Shown here in pieces: positions 50,635 through 64,000 of a stretch of DNA of 64,000 nucleotides. The translations under genes were made by a program, and so were the position numbers. Below the pieces are notes generated by a model. That model ran no database searches and had not been told where the DNA came from. It saw only the letters and a program-made list of their open reading frames with translations. Numbering within the stretch: the stretch's first letter is position 1; each line of letters opens with the position of its first letter. Source of the DNA: Azolla caroliniana (taxonomy: Eukaryota > Plantae > Polypodiophyta). The DNA is taken from the NCBI GenBank assembly GCA_043228905.1, contig JBHGNT010000007.1, positions 11,718,001 to 11,782,000 on the forward strand, written 5' to 3'.

Positions 50635-52194
50635 ATGAGAAAGAAGGCTGAAGATCATGCAAATATGAGTTATCAGCAGCAGCAGCAGCAGCAGCAGCAA
50701 AGGGCCTCAGGAGGGCGAGCAGGAGCAGGAGCAGGAGCAGGTGCATTGACAACAACAACAAGAAGCAGGGGAGGGAGTAGTGGGAGCAATAATATAAGGT
50801 TCCTGGGGGTGCGAATGCGTCCATGGGGGAGGTTTGCAGCCGAGATCCGAGACCCATCCACGAAAGAGCGACATTGGCTGGGGACATTTGACACTGCCGT
50901 GGAAGCCGCGTTGGCATACGATCGAGCCGCCATCTCGATGCGTGGCCCAAAAGCACGTACCAACTTCCCATATGTTCATCATGCTCAACCTTCAACTACA
51001 CATGCACAGTCACAGTCACAGTCACAGTCTGACACAATTACTACCACCATTACACACCACCCACCGCCACGCCACTCAGAGTCACTGCTATCGCTGTTAC
51101 AATCTCAATCTCAATCTCGATCAGATACTCAATCCTATGCCCCCCTCACCAGACATACCGCTGCTGCTATATCATCGTCTTCTTCCTCTCCCCCTAATAA
51201 TCCTCCTCCTATGAATACTGATTGTGATCAGTCACAACACATGCTTATGTTGTCTAATAATTACAACGCTTCATGTAATATGCTTGTACTGGATCATCAT
51301 CATACTAGTAACAATAATCAGAACCTTCATCTTAATGATAATATACCTAGAAAGCTGAATAATAATAATATCAATAATATCCGCCAGCCCATGATCAAAT
51401 CTTTTCATAGTACTAATTGTCATGATGATATACAGCTAACTATACTTAACCACCCAAGTTGTAATGTTCCCTTCAACAACAATATTATGCACCAATACCT
51501 CCAACGCTCAGAGGATATGCCTCTGAAAGAGGATACCAGTAACAATGATAGTAACAGTGTTATTGGCAAGGACCCATTGCATGGGTATGACGTTATAACA
51601 TTTAAGCGTGACACTGCTAATTACGGTGATCACAATATCATATTGGATCCCAACAGCATGCATAGTGGTACGCACCTGCAGGATCAAATTAATCATCATG
51701 ATGAGGACACTCATCATCCATGCGATGGTTATAAATCTGGTGACTATACATTAAGGATGAGTGTTACAGGTAATAAAGATCCTTCCAAGAAGATCATCAC
51801 GCATAACAATAGTATAAGAGGTAGTAGCAGTAATAATAATATAGATACGAGCTTGATGGGGGAGCTAGGCAAGGTAATTAATGCGGGAATGTCATGCGTC
51901 AATATAACTGTCAACCCCGTGAAGGATGAAATAAATGAAGGAAGGAGCAGGAAGCATGATAGTCGTGGGTGCGATAAGCAAATGATGGACACGTATAGTC
52001 TCACAATCTCAGCACCATCATCAACTGATAATAATGAGCACGTGACACTCGAGAATAGTTACAAGTTGATGTCAGCTGGTACGTTATGCAATAATAGCTA
52101 TCCCTATTATAACTGCAATTTTGCGAGTAACCTGTGCAGTAGTAGTATTAATGATCTTCAACAGGTGGTCAATAGCTCAGGATTGAAGCATTAA
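50635..52194 (+). CDS. Intronless AP2/ERF transcription factor, ERF group VIIIb (LEP/PUCHI/FZP-like), 519 aa
   Basis: Single AP2 domain at ~50797-50970, [57 protein letters not shown]; ERF-type Ala14/Asp19; the FLGVR and KERHWLG words are typical of the LEP/PUCHI/FZP clade. Confidence 0.93.
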   Translation: MRKKAEDHANMSYQQQQQQQQQRASGGRAGAGAGAGALTTTTRSRGGSSGSNNIRFLGVRMRPWGRFAAEIRDPSTKERHWLGTFDTAVEAALAYDRAAISMRGPKARTNFPYVHHAQPSTTHAQSQSQSQSDTITTTITHHPPPRHSESLLSLLQSQSQSRSDTQSYAPLTRHTAAAISSSSSSPPNNPPPMNTDCDQSQHMLMLSNNYNASCNMLVLDHHHTSNNNQNLHLNDNIPRKLNNNNINNIRQPMIKSFHSTNCHDDIQLTILNHPSCNVPFNNNIMHQYLQRSEDMPLKEDTSNNDSNSVIGKDPLHGYDVITFKRDTANYGDHNIILDPNSMHSGTHLQDQINHHDEDTHHPCDGYKSGDYTLRMSVTGNKDPSKKIITHNNSIRGSSSNNNIDTSLMGELGKVINAGMSCVNITVNPVKDEINEGRSRKHDSRGCDKQMMDTYSLTISAPSSTDNNEHVTLENSYKLMSAGTLCNNSYPYYNCNFASNLCSSSINDLQQVVNSSGLKH

Positions 52195-53945
52195 TATGTA
52201 TAATTGGCTCGGGATTTTCAGTCGTTCGATATATGATTAAATACAACTTTGATTACTTCAATGAATAGACGACGTAGTTAGTGGTGGTGGAAGAAAGAAA
52301 TCCTAGCCTGGTTGATGATAAGCATGCATGTAAGGGTAGTGTAGTCGGACACTGGATGTTCTGCAGACTCTGTAAATTATTAACTTAATCGATTAATCCT
52401 GGAAGCATATTTGCTGGATTTTTAAAGATATTAATGTTTGTTAATTAAGAAGCGATACACAGCACAGCACTCGCTGTCCAGAAGAAAGAAGGATGTTGCT
52501 GCTTCTTCTGTTTAACACACAGTTTGGCAATGCTTTTTATATTATTACATGACAAATATTGGAATTAAATGAAGGATCGGGATGTGGTGTTGAGAAAATA
52601 TTGATCGAATCGGATGTGGTGTTGAGAAAATATTGATCGGGGAGAGAGAGATAGAGAGAGACGTACACACACGCATGCATGCACGCACGCACACACGTTC
52701 AATTTTGCCGGACCATTGGAATTGGGATGCCAGCTTTTTGGCAGCAGCAGCGTTGGGATGGATTGATTTATAAAAGAGAACGACGTGGCAGCAATCATCA
52801 ATCCCTTTTGCATGTAACTTGCCACTCACGTTCATGCTTGCGCACGAATGATTGATTGATTGATTGATTACGTACTGCTGCTCTTCAACAGATCGATCAT
52901 CCTGCATATTTCAATTTGGGTTTTGATTATTAATACCAGACGGATGCGCGGCTCAGTTGAATTGCACTCATCATGATCTGATTAATTTGGGCATACATAA
53001 GTCACGCCGCAAACATATTAATTAGAAATTATGGTGTTAAGAAAGAGGGTATACACAGTTTTGGTGCACATATCGTCTGTCTCTATGGACATCACATTTA
53101 ATCATCAGCATAAAGCATTTAATAACAGGCCCCTCCAATAATTTTACTGTTTGTGAGCATATACGAAGAATCCTCATTTGTTTTGCCTGATGTCACTTCA
53201 GAAAGAACTGATGACCAAATGATCTGATATGCCACCCCCATGGATGTTCTTACTACTCGTTACATGTATGTCCCTTTTTAACATTGTTCCAAACTCCAGC
53301 TTGTTGACCATCCTTGCTTGAATTGAATTGAATTGTGAAATAGTTTCTAAAGATGTATGCCTCTCGTCATGGCTACCCCATGACACATGTACCAGTCGTT
53401 TGCCCCCTTATATCCACGATACGCCTCAACCATACATGATTAGGGCAGGCCGATCGATTGTTCGTGTTTAATCTACACAAGACTCTAAACGTGATTGCCA
53501 ATGTAGTAGAGCCATCTTTTAGATAAAATATAGTTTATTATGTGAAGGTCCATGATATATACTCAAAGAGCCAATATTGAAAAGGTTATGTTTTTACCCA
53601 TATCTTGCTGAGTTTGGTTTAAATACAAGTTTTATGATTCAAACAAATAATATGACTTCAGTTGCTTAATTTCGGGTTATTTCCACTGACCAAGTTATAG
53701 GACCAACCAACATCATTGTTCATTTCTGCACAATGTAATGAATGCGGAAGGAAGAGAATGTGAAAAGCACAAGTAAGTTGATGAGATTTAGAGGCAAGGC
53801 CGGTCATAATTTAGGTGGACTAGCTGAGATGCCAAACTGATAATTATACAATAAAATACATACATTCATTGAGACGTCCAAGATATTATGGGAAAACAGC
53901 TACACCAAAAATAGCTGGGTTACCAAAAAATTGTGAGCGGGTCAA

Positions 53946-54000
53946 GGGGAGGGAAGGGGAGGGGAGGGGAGAGGAGGGGAGGGGAGGGGAGGGGAGAGAG
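53946..54000 (+). repeat. Pure-purine (GGGGA)n tract, potential G-quadruplex/triplex
   Basis: More than four GGG(G) runs separated by single A or short purine loops. Confidence 0.75.
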
Positions 54001-54558
54001 GCAGGCAACGAGCCAGCCAAGGCAGCCTTGTGTACATTAATAATTATAATTGTATTAATACTAGGCCATGAGCAAAAAGACATACATGCATACATCCTAG
54101 TTTCTAGTAACACAGAATCAGTTGTAAGCGGCAGATAAGATTATTACGAATGATTAAATTAACGACCTTCACATAATAATACTTTAGTTCGTTGATTCAT
54201 CAATATATACTTAGGTAGAGAGATCAATTAATTGATTCGATTGCCTATTTAGCTGGAAAATTGTTTTTCAATCGAACCTGTACGTGCATGCAACTCATTC
54301 CTTTTTAATGTTTAATTTATTAATGGCTGATGCATATTGGTCGTGAGCATATTTCTTGTTAAGAATGGATCGCCAATACCTAACTCATCGAATTTGCGTC
54401 TTTAGTTTAAAGTTAGTGAAGGTGGTGCCGTGCATGTTACTCCTTATTGTGCATGTATCTAACTATCTAGCTAGCGTGACAAAAATCGTAAGTCATTCAG
54501 TAGTGAAGAGAATTACGCACATAAATTCCAAGGGTCGTAAGAAAAATGGTTATTCAGC

Positions 54559-54607
<49 letters not shown>

Positions 54608-55795
54608 ATATTACAGGGAAGGTCATGGATTAGTATTAACACAAAATCGGGGAAGCAAAAATTTATTATTATTATAGCCTTCTTCCTTTTAGTCATGCGA
54701 AACTGTGTAGCGTTATATGCACCATGTAATAAGACAATTAATGTCTGCATATGGCATTATTTGTTCCGTAGACAGAAGCCAAACAAATTATATAAATTAT
54801 GTGATCAATTGAAAGCATATTTTATCCACATATCCGTCCAACACAAAATGACATAATTTTGGACTCAGAACCCTTGATGTTGTGAAACAAGCTTTACTTA
54901 ATGAATGCACGAGCTTAATCTGTGGGTTATATATACTATACTGGTAACAGTAAGCGTGGCTGAGAAGCTCAATCATAGTTTGAAACGTATATGATATTTT
55001 CCAATGTGGTAAAGAGGATGGATATATCCACCAAAACCTATTATTGCCAAACATTTTTCATCTCTAAATTTAGTTCCATTATATCCTGTGAGCCCTTTTT
55101 ATTCTCAACTCTTCCTAGCATTATTTTAACTCATTCAATTCGCCCAATTCCTTAATGATCCCTTCTAATATGTTTTGAGTACATTCTTTGACAGGTGATG
55201 TAGAGTCTAGAACAATTCAGCTTAAGTTATTCTTCTCGAATTAACGAATTAAGCATTATTTATATAGAGAACGGAAGTCAAAAAATAGAATTGAAGGCTA
55301 GTTACGCGTGTAGACATGATGTAGTATATATATTTGGGTAGTAATAGTAGTAGTACTAGTGGTAATGGAATTTTAAAGAGCAAAAACAAACCTCGATTTG
55401 GAATTTGAGAAAAATATATAGAAATCATAAAACAAGAAATGCCTACTTAAATTCTGATCGAATTAAATCCCTACCATTGGATAAGATGGAGCCTCCTGCA
55501 ACTTGCAAAATTAAAACGAGAGAAAACAGTTATTATTTTCTGTGCCACCGTTTATTGATTTTATCCCCAAATTTCTCCAATATGTAATAAATTGGCTCTA
55601 ATCACGTAATAACTGGGAGCAGGACCAAGAAACAAAATTTACGAAAAGAGAAGAGGAAAGAAACTGAATGACAAAATATGTATGGGGGTGCATGCGTTTT
55701 GGTGGGCTTATCATGATGTGATGATTTTGGAATCATAGGTAGATTTGTAGGGTGGTTAAGTGGCTGACCTGTAGATGATGGTGATGGACTGGCTC

Positions 55796-55828
<33 letters not shown>

Positions 55829-56042
55829 CTACCTGACTCGGTTTTAAGTTGCTAGCGTAGATAAATAAATAACAACTGAAGAAGAAAGAAAATTATTCAT
55901 AAAAATCATTGACGAATTTTCTGCTAACATTCTTGTTTGTTGTTAACGGAGGAGGGTTTACTCAAGTCAATGACGAAGACCATTTAATTTAGACCCAGGC
56001 CTCAGATTCAGTGCAAATACGCGACCAAGGAAATGTAGTTAC

Positions 56043-56100
<58 letters not shown>

Positions 56101-57740
56101 CTCGTGAGTGACCAATGATGAGTGGCGTCACATTTTGACAATCATTCACTGTTACAGGTTCTATATCTCATCATATATATTTAGTTGGGTGTGTATTTTG
56201 TTTGAAAGTAAAAGAGTATTTTACAATAAAGCATGGAAGACACACATGGATTTGTGCATTGTTCATTCCTGATTATATTCAATACCTACCTATTGGTTTT
56301 CAATTTTCTTCTTTTCTCATAAGTTACCGAAGGTTCTATCATAAATGCACCATCATCATGTTAATTAGTATCATCTAGCATTAGCCAACAACATAAAGTT
56401 ATGGTATTGAGATGTTGTTTAAAGTGAAACGATCACGATGTAAAGTTATGGTTAATGAAACAGGGCCAAAAAAGACAATTTAAAACTCCACTCTCTAACG
56501 AGAAAACGTTTTAGTTAATTATTCATGTAGTCATCTCAAATTAAAAATTCCATATGGAACAATTTGCAAATAAACTTTTAGAAAATATAATGGAGGCTAT
56601 AGATGTTCATAAGATAACACCAAAACAAAAACACAAATCTGCTTTTTAAGATGAACATAAGAAAAAACTTCCATTGTACACTCAATCATAAAGTACAATT
56701 TTTTTATGATTTTAACAAGAATTGTGTAGGCTAAATTGTTTAGAACCTCACAAGTAAAGTTATAAAGCATTTAATGTTTATGAAGATACTCTAATGCTTG
56801 TACATTTTAGATTAACTAAACTTTACATGCCTATGTATATATTGTTGCTTGCACAAAAGCCTACAAGGGTGCATGTGAGCGCGGAAGGACATATCATTAC
56901 TACAATACAAGGGCATAATATTGTGGAAACATTACACTATGCCGAACATTTTAAATGTTGTAGTGATGAGGCATGTGCAATGGTAAACACGTACCTAAAA
57001 CATCAAGCTTTACAATGAGTTATAACCTTATGAAAACTCTTCCTAGAATAAAACCAAGAAAATAAGAAATAATCGGTCTATGCATGTAGTTGTTACTTGT
57101 AGCATTCATTGCAATGACTATTTTTCTAAAGACAAGATGTAAATGTGATGTTCGAATATGGAAACTACTACTTGGGGGCACTATTTTTCGCTTTGTTCAT
57201 CATAATGTTCAATGCTTGGAATTGAAAGTTCAAGTAGTGAATGTTAACCCTTTGAATAAAATAAATAAAGGTCTCAGGTCCAATCTTAACTATACCTTCA
57301 AGGAAAGCTAAAGAAAACAAGGTATGAAGATCTAGATATTTCAAGCTAAAGACACTGAGATCAACAACACCAACTTTAGGTGTTCCTCTCACAAACAATG
57401 ACACCTTTTCTTTGTCAATGTGTTCTAACCTTATCCAAACTCCTAAACAAATGTGTGATGGCTTTTTTTCTTACCCTCCATTATATAATGCAGTACACTA
57501 GCAATAAACAACGATGTGGCGAAGTTATGCGCGTGGTGTAAAATGTGAGTTAAACCACCGAGAACTTGAACTAGAGAGTATGGGTTCCATAGAGGGTTTG
57601 TCTTAGTAGTTTTCGACTATTTAATCATTATTATGTAAATTTTATGTATGAGAAATCTAAAATACAATAATTAGTAGTTCCCCTCTCTGTTTTCAAACAA
57701 AAAGTTGCTTTCCTATTAGTTAGGAGAGTTTTTTTAATAC

Positions 57741-57840
57741 NNNNNNNNNNNNNNNNNNNNNNNNNNNNNNNNNNNNNNNNNNNNNNNNNNNNNNNNNNNN
57801 NNNNNNNNNNNNNNNNNNNNNNNNNNNNNNNNNNNNNNNN
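57741..57840. other. Assembly gap (100 N) next to an (AT)n tract
   Basis: Directly visible. Confidence 0.99.
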
Positions 57841-57878
<38 letters not shown>

Positions 57879-58214
57879 TCACTCCCTGCCCAACCAAAAA
57901 ATGAGATGAAAAAAGGGTATGTACATATTGTCTACTTAGTGTAAGTAGGTACATAGAGCTATAAAAACATATTTTCAAAAATAGTGACCTCCATCACTTG
58001 TTAGCACGAACCCGATCCCTAACCATCAACACAATGTATTCCCTTCCGGAATACTATCCAAAGGTGTGGTCGAAGGGATGGAATTATCTACACATACAAT
58101 TATGAGTTATTCGATTACATTCTCTAATATATACCCTATCTGGTTATCCAACACACTCTCTTGTACCCAATCCGAATATAGATTAACACGATATCGCGAA
58201 GTTTCGCGCATGTG

Positions 58215-59671
58215 TGTTACTTGGGTGGGACCACGGGGGTCTTGGACTAGGGAGTGCTCAAGGGATAAAGAAAACCCAAGGTTTGCTTTATGACAATACT
58301 ACTTCCCGACCCCTTCCCGAGCAAGGTCTCGTTGCCCGTTCATCACGACTCGTCGACCTTTCGAGATCACCGCACGATCCAAGTGACCAAACGGGTACAA
58401 GCAAGATGAGCACGCAAGATAAACGCACAAGGGGACGATAACACAAACACGAATGTCCGTATGTCTTTATGAGGAGGAGAGGTGCATGGGCACGCACGAA
58501 CGCTCCCTCATCACAAGACGTCGAACGTACAAGGAAGACACAAAACACACGCACAAATGCTCGTACGCGTTTATGAGGAGGAGAGGTGCATGGGCACGCC
58601 CGAAACGCTCCCTCGTCATGAGACGGCCGAATGTACAAGGAAGACACAAACACACACACAAAATGCTCCTACGCCTTTATGAGGAGGAGAGGTGCATAGG
58701 CAAGCCCAATCGCTCCCTCGTCATGAGACGACCGAACGTACAAGGAAGACGGAAACACACCCACAAAATGCACGTACGCCTTTATGAGGAGGAGAGGTGC
58801 ATGGGCAAGCCCAAACGGTCCCTCGTCACAAGACGGCCGAACGTACAAGAAAGACACACATGCACAAAATGCTCGTACACATTTATGAGGAGGAGAGGTG
58901 CATGGGCAAGGCCGAAACGGTCCCTCGTAACAAGACAACGGAACGTACATGGAATACACAAACACACGCACAAATGCTCGTATGCCTTTATGAGAAAGAG
59001 AGGTGCATGGGCAAGCCCGAACGATCCCTCGTCACAAGACGACTGAATGCACAAGAAAGACACAAACACACTCACAAATGCTCGTACGTCTTTATGAGGA
59101 GGAGAGTTGCATGGGCACGCCCGAAACGTTCCCTCGTCACAAGAAGGCTGAACGTACAAGGAAGACACGAATAAAGAAAGAAGGAGAGAAAGAAACAAGA
59201 ATGATATCGACCAAAGAGATAAACACTTGTTCGATTCCAACGCAAGAGGACCCTTTATAAAATAGGGTTTTGTTTACAATGGCAACTTATAGTTAACCAC
59301 GAGCTCAATCAAAACAAAAATACTAAATGCCCTTAGATACAAAAGCAAATCCGAACACGACGAAGATGAACACATGAGCACCACCAAAATGCCAATCCCA
59401 ATGAACCACGACCACCCGAACGGCGAGCACACGGGCTCGCAATGACGAACGGGGCAGAGCAACGTCGAACCAACGAAGTTTGGGCTCACGAGCACTTCGA
59501 GTGCTGACGTGAAGAAGACGAGCACATGGTGATGGGGGGGATGAAGGGGTATGAGTTGAAGAGAAGTGGTGAATAAGAAGATGAAGAGCTCCGAAGGAAA
59601 ATTGGCGATAGTCTCCTCCTCCCAAAACGTCCTCTCGAATGAGCCCCCTTCGACCTCCTTTTATAGGAAAA
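58215..59671 (-). mobile_element. Probable long gypsy-type LTR segment containing a minisatellite, interrupted by the copia at 59672
   Basis: Ends GTAACA on minus (TGTTAC at 58215); TATA-like CCTATAAAAGG on minus at ~59657-59667; non-coding and GC-richer than its flank; other end outside the window. Confidence 0.45.
58460..59170. repeat. ~105-bp minisatellite, about 7 copies
   Basis: TTTATGAGGAGGAGAGGTGCATGGGCA recurs every 102-106 bp. Confidence 0.94.
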
Positions 59672-62600
59672 TGTTGAGAGACAAGCTCAACATCAGCCGG
59701 ATCGGCTGAAGAAGCCGAGGACCAGATCGGTTGGGACCGATCGGTTAGGCCGAGTACATAAACCGGGAGGTCGTTAGGAAAGATATTCCGTGAGGAATAT
59801 ATTTGGGAGTTAGTGTAGGAGCTCTTGATGAGCATTGAAGTACTGTCAGTACTTCGGTCAGTCCTTGTAGGACTTGTATAAAAGTGTTCACTGAGCATGT
59901 CTTATGTATAGACTGAGTATTATTGTTGAATATAGTTTTTTGTGTCTTCTCTCTCACTCTCTCTGTCTCTCCCGCGTATACCGTGTAAGCTCAAGGTCTC
60001 CATTAAACCTGAGTTTCCTTCCTTCTGTTCGGTCTTCATACTTGCTTCCGCACGCTACTTTCTACATGGTATCAGAGCGCGAGGGTTGAGAACCTCTCTG
60101 CAGCCGACACAGCTTGACGAAGAAGAACAAGAAGAACGATGGATAGAGGCATGGCGAGCTCGCTTCCAACAGAGAAGCTCGACAGAACCAAGTACGCGTC
60201 TTGGTCCTACAAGATGCACCAGTACCTGCTCGGGCACGGCTACTGGAGTTATGTCGAAGGAGCTAATGACGCGGCACCCGAATCGACACACAGAGACTTC
60301 CCGTTCTGGGAGCAATCGGCGAGCAGGGTATTATACTGCTTTGCGTCGTGTGTGGGCGAACAACTGTTGAGCTATGTTCGGGATGCAAAGACGCCAAAGG
60401 GTGCATGGGAAAATCTGAAGAAGATTTTTGCCGCGAGCATCACAGCCAGGAAGCTTCAGCTCTGACAGGAGTTGAGCAACCTATGACAACGCGACTTGTC
60501 GGTGGCGGACTATACCTCAAAGATTAAGGATATCTGCGACTCCCTCGCCTCTATAGAGGTGAAAATCGAGGAGAGCGAGATGGTCCAGATCTGTCTCGGA
60601 GGTTTGGCGTCGAAGTTCGGAGCGTTCCGAACGGCTGTGTGTACCCGGGAGAATACGCCGTCCTTTTTCGACTTACAGTCGATGCTCCTGGTAGAGGAGA
60701 ACCACGCGGGTGCATCGACGAGCACGCACACCGACAGCAAGATGTTGTACACGGAGGGAGAAAGGCCCCGTGGACGTGGAGGACGAGGCGAGTTGGCGCG
60801 CAATGGAGGCGGCCGACGAGATCAAGGAAGAAGGCACCGAAGTGATGCCGACAGCAACTCTAGACCCTTCGGAAATAGGGGGAGTCGAAGCAATGAGAAC
60901 CGGCAAGGGAAGTCCATCGCGGAGTGCTGGTACTGTGGCAAGAAAGGCCACAAGGAAAGTGAGTGCTGGAAGAAGCGCGTCGATTCGGAGAGAACTGGTT
61001 CCGGGAACGGCTCCAGACATACCGACAAGGGAAATCGGCAGCGATCGCACTACGCCGAAGACTCCGGGAGAGCCGGAGAAGGGACTGCCTTCGTGACGAG
61101 ACACGAAGCAAACTCAATGAAGCAGACCACACCGAGATCGGACGAGGTGTGGTACATAGACTCCGGCACGTCAAACCACATGACGAGCCATAAGGAGTGG
61201 TTCTCGTACCTTGAAAAACCGATACAACCTGGAGTAGTCGCAACAGGAGACGACACTCCGCATCCGATCGCGAATGTCGGAGAAGTTCCCCTTAGCCATG
61301 TCGGGCGGAAAGGGAAACTCATGAACGTGTTGCACGTTTCGACAATCACGAAAAACTAGGTCTCGGTCGGACAGATCGTCGACCAAGGGATGGAGATTTA
61401 GTTTACACACCTTGGGTGCTTCATTGAGGAAGAAGGCCGTGTGATTGCGCAAGGGCGTAGAGACGGGAGGATGTTCATCCTCGACCCCACTGACGGCGGC
61501 ACCGCAATGTTCGCAAAGGGACAAAAAGCCGAGTCGGACATTGACTTGTGGCACAAGCGGATAGGCCATGTCAACTACCAATGGCTTCAAGATCTGCAAT
61601 CGAAACAGGTAGTGTTCGGATTGCCCCAGTTTAGTGGCCGAAAGGCACAAATTTGTGAAGCCTGCCAGCTCGGGAAGCAACACCGACTCCCTTTTCCCAA
61701 CGAGCGAAACCGGAGCCGGAACAAGCTCGACCTTATACAGTCCGATGTGTGGGGGCTGACACAAAACGTTAGTCTTGGCGGGAGCCGATATTTCGTCTCC
61801 TTCATCGACGAGCACACGCGGCACACGTGGATCTACCTCATTGAGAGGAAAAGCGAAGTCTTCGACTGTTTCCGGGACCTCAAAGGGTTCGTGGAAACCA
61901 AAACGGGACGAAAGATCAAATGCGTGCGCTCGGATGGTGGGAAAGAGTACTTTTCCGGTCAATTCAACGGTTATCTACAACAAATGGGAATTCGGCGCGA
62001 ATTCAGTTGTAGATACACGCCGGAGCAGAACGGCGTGGCCGAGAGGAAGAATCGGTCAGTTGTGGAAGCAGCACGGGCAATGCTGGAGGAGAAGAGCTTG
62101 CCCAAGTTCTACTGGGCCGAGGCGGTAAGGACCGCGGTATACATCCAGAACCGGATCGGAGACAAAGTGTCGGCACACGAGCTATATTTCGGAACGAAGC
62201 TGAACTTGCGACACTTGAGGTTTTTCGGTAGCATTGCGTATGTACATGTACCGAAGGAGAAAAGGAGGAAGTTGGATGCAAAGGCCGAGAAGTGCATCTT
62301 GGTCGGTTACTCGGACGAGCAGAAGGGTTATAAGTGCTATAACCCTCGCACCAAACAAGCGCGTGTCAGCCGCGACGTTGTGTTTGACGAGTCCGCGTCC
62401 TGGTACCTGCCCCCGACTCGGGATGCCGACTCCAATACGAGTTCTGACGATGAGGTCAACGAGGCCAAGATGCCTCCGGATGAGCCCGAAATCAAGACCC
62501 GCGAAGAGAGTCCGATTTCACTCAGGTTAAGTGGACCGATTGGACGATTGAGTCGGTACGACCAGTCCGATGAAGAGCCGGCGAGTAGTGGAGACTCGGC

Positions 62601-64000
62601 CGTGCATTCCCCGCGCAGGAAGCCGAGGAGACGGCTTACGCGCAAAGAGAAAGGGAAGAAGAAGGTGTCGGATTCCGGCACGGAAAGGAACGAGTCAGAC
62701 CGACGCGAGTCCGACTCCGAGGGAACCGGTGACGGGTCTTTAAAGGTGAAGACCGCGTCGACCGAGAAGGCCTCGACATCAGCTAATGTGAGATTACGCC
62801 GATCTACACGCCAGAAGAATACTGTTTTGCGGTTCGGATACAAAGAGTACATGGAGCATCATTATGCGTACATGACCCGTGTAGTGGAAGTGCGTGAGCC
62901 GGAAAGCTACGTAGAAGCGGCTAAAGACGCGAATTGGCGTGCCGCGATGGAGGAAGAGATGCACGCATTGGCGGAGAACGAGACCTGGGACCTGGTTGAT
63001 GCACTAAAAGGGGTAAAACCGATCGGGTGTAGGTGGGTGTACAAGGTCAAATACAACACCGATGGCTCGGTCAACCGGTACAAGGCTCGGCTAGTGGCAA
63101 AGGGCTACACGCAGAAACACGGCATCGAGTACGATGAGACGTTTGCGCCGGTCGCGAAAATGACGACCGTCTGTGTTTTGCTCGTAGTAGCCGCGGCCAA
63201 GGGGTGGCACTTACATCAAATGGATGTAAAGAATGCGTTCCTGCAAGGTGATCTTGAGGAATAGGTGTACAAGGTACAACCCCCCGGATTTCACTCTGGA
63301 ACGAACTCCCCGGCAGTATGCTGACTGAAGAAGTCCCTTTACGGACTGAAGCAAGCCCCGCGTGCCTGGAACGCGAAGATCACGCAACAACTGCGTCGGA
63401 TGGGCTTCGTCACGACAAAATCAGACTCTTCCCTGTTCATCCGGAAAGGTTGACTCGGACCGGTTAGTATTTTACTATATGTTGATGACTTGGTCATCAC
63501 CGGCGCCGACCTCGGTGAAATCGACAGCGTGAAGCTCCAGTTTGCGGCATCGTTCGACATGAAGGATCTGGGGGACCTTCATTACTTCCTCGGGATCGAA
63601 GTGATCCGTACCCCCGAAGGCATATTGATCGGCCAACGTCACTACGTGCTGAGTGTGCTCTTCAAATTCGGGATGGCCAACTGTAAGACCGTCTCGACTC
63701 CTCTAGACAAAACTGTCAAGCTTCGTCCCGATGCGGGAAAGGTATGCGACTCGACGAGGTTCCGAGAAATTGTCAGAAGCCTCATATACTTGACCATCAC
63801 CCGACCCGACCTCGGTTATCCGGTCGGAGTGATCAGTCAGTTCATGGCGCGACCTACCGAGGAGCACCTTTAGTGTGCGCAACGCGTACTGCGGTACATA
63901 AGTGGCACTAAGGACCGAGGACTGCTATATCGGACCGGTGCAGCCGCGCAGTTAGTCGTCTACACTGATGCTAATTGGGCTGGCAACGCCGCCGATCGCC
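59672..64000 (+). mobile_element. Copia family B element, 5' LTR 59672-60066, PBS, gag-PR-INT-RT with in-frame stops; runs off the window end
   Basis: PBS TGGTATCAGAGC at 60067-60078; gag from 60139; Zn knuckle CWYCGKKGHKESEC; WYIDSGTSNHM; INT-RT ORF 61441..63264; YVDD near 63478. Confidence 0.96.

Noticed and set aside
52944-52960. miR171-site-like GCGCGGCTCA (and miR172-like GCATCATCAAG at ~50282)
   Set aside because: Only about 10-11 nt match and no hairpin evident.
58453-59260. Repetitive ORFs (197 aa and others) as proteins
   Set aside because: They are translations of the 105-bp minisatellite with shifting frames.
39866-59671. GAAAA immediately left of both the 39871 and 59672 LTRs as a shared TSD
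   Set aside because: Different families and orientations, both on the left side; low-complexity coincidence.
61171-61962. 263-aa antisense ORF and similar antisense ORFs over gag-pol
   Set aside because: Shadow frames of GC-rich retrotransposon coding sequence with no independent motifs.

Overview
Land-plant nuclear DNA (species not determinable from sequence; 100-N assembly gap at 57741-57840). Roughly two thirds is a nested collection of decayed Ty1/copia LTR retrotransposons from three families: a Tnt1/Tork-like family 'A', a family 'B' present in many copies and subfamilies, and a gag-only remnant 'C'. There are also Ty3/gypsy remnants, a hAT-type MITE and a probable Mutator-like element carrying PB1- and PPR-like gene fragments. 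Two host-gene candidates are present: an intronless AP2/ERF transcription factor of the LEP/PUCHI/FZP (ERF VIIIb) type at 50635-52194 and an unidentified 364-aa ORF at 20718-21812. No retroelement has an intact gag-pol. The most interesting observations are: (i) a non-coding LTR element whose two LTRs each carry a tRNA-like cassette; (ii) an LTR-flanked ~2 kb inverted gag-PR-INT arrangement that could act as a hairpin/antisense silencer; (iii) one insertion site present twice in tandem, as a near-full element and as a TSD-flanked solo LTR; (iv) a conserved post-RNase H pol extension; and (v) a high density of short tandem duplications. Boundaries were read by eye and similarities are visual estimates.
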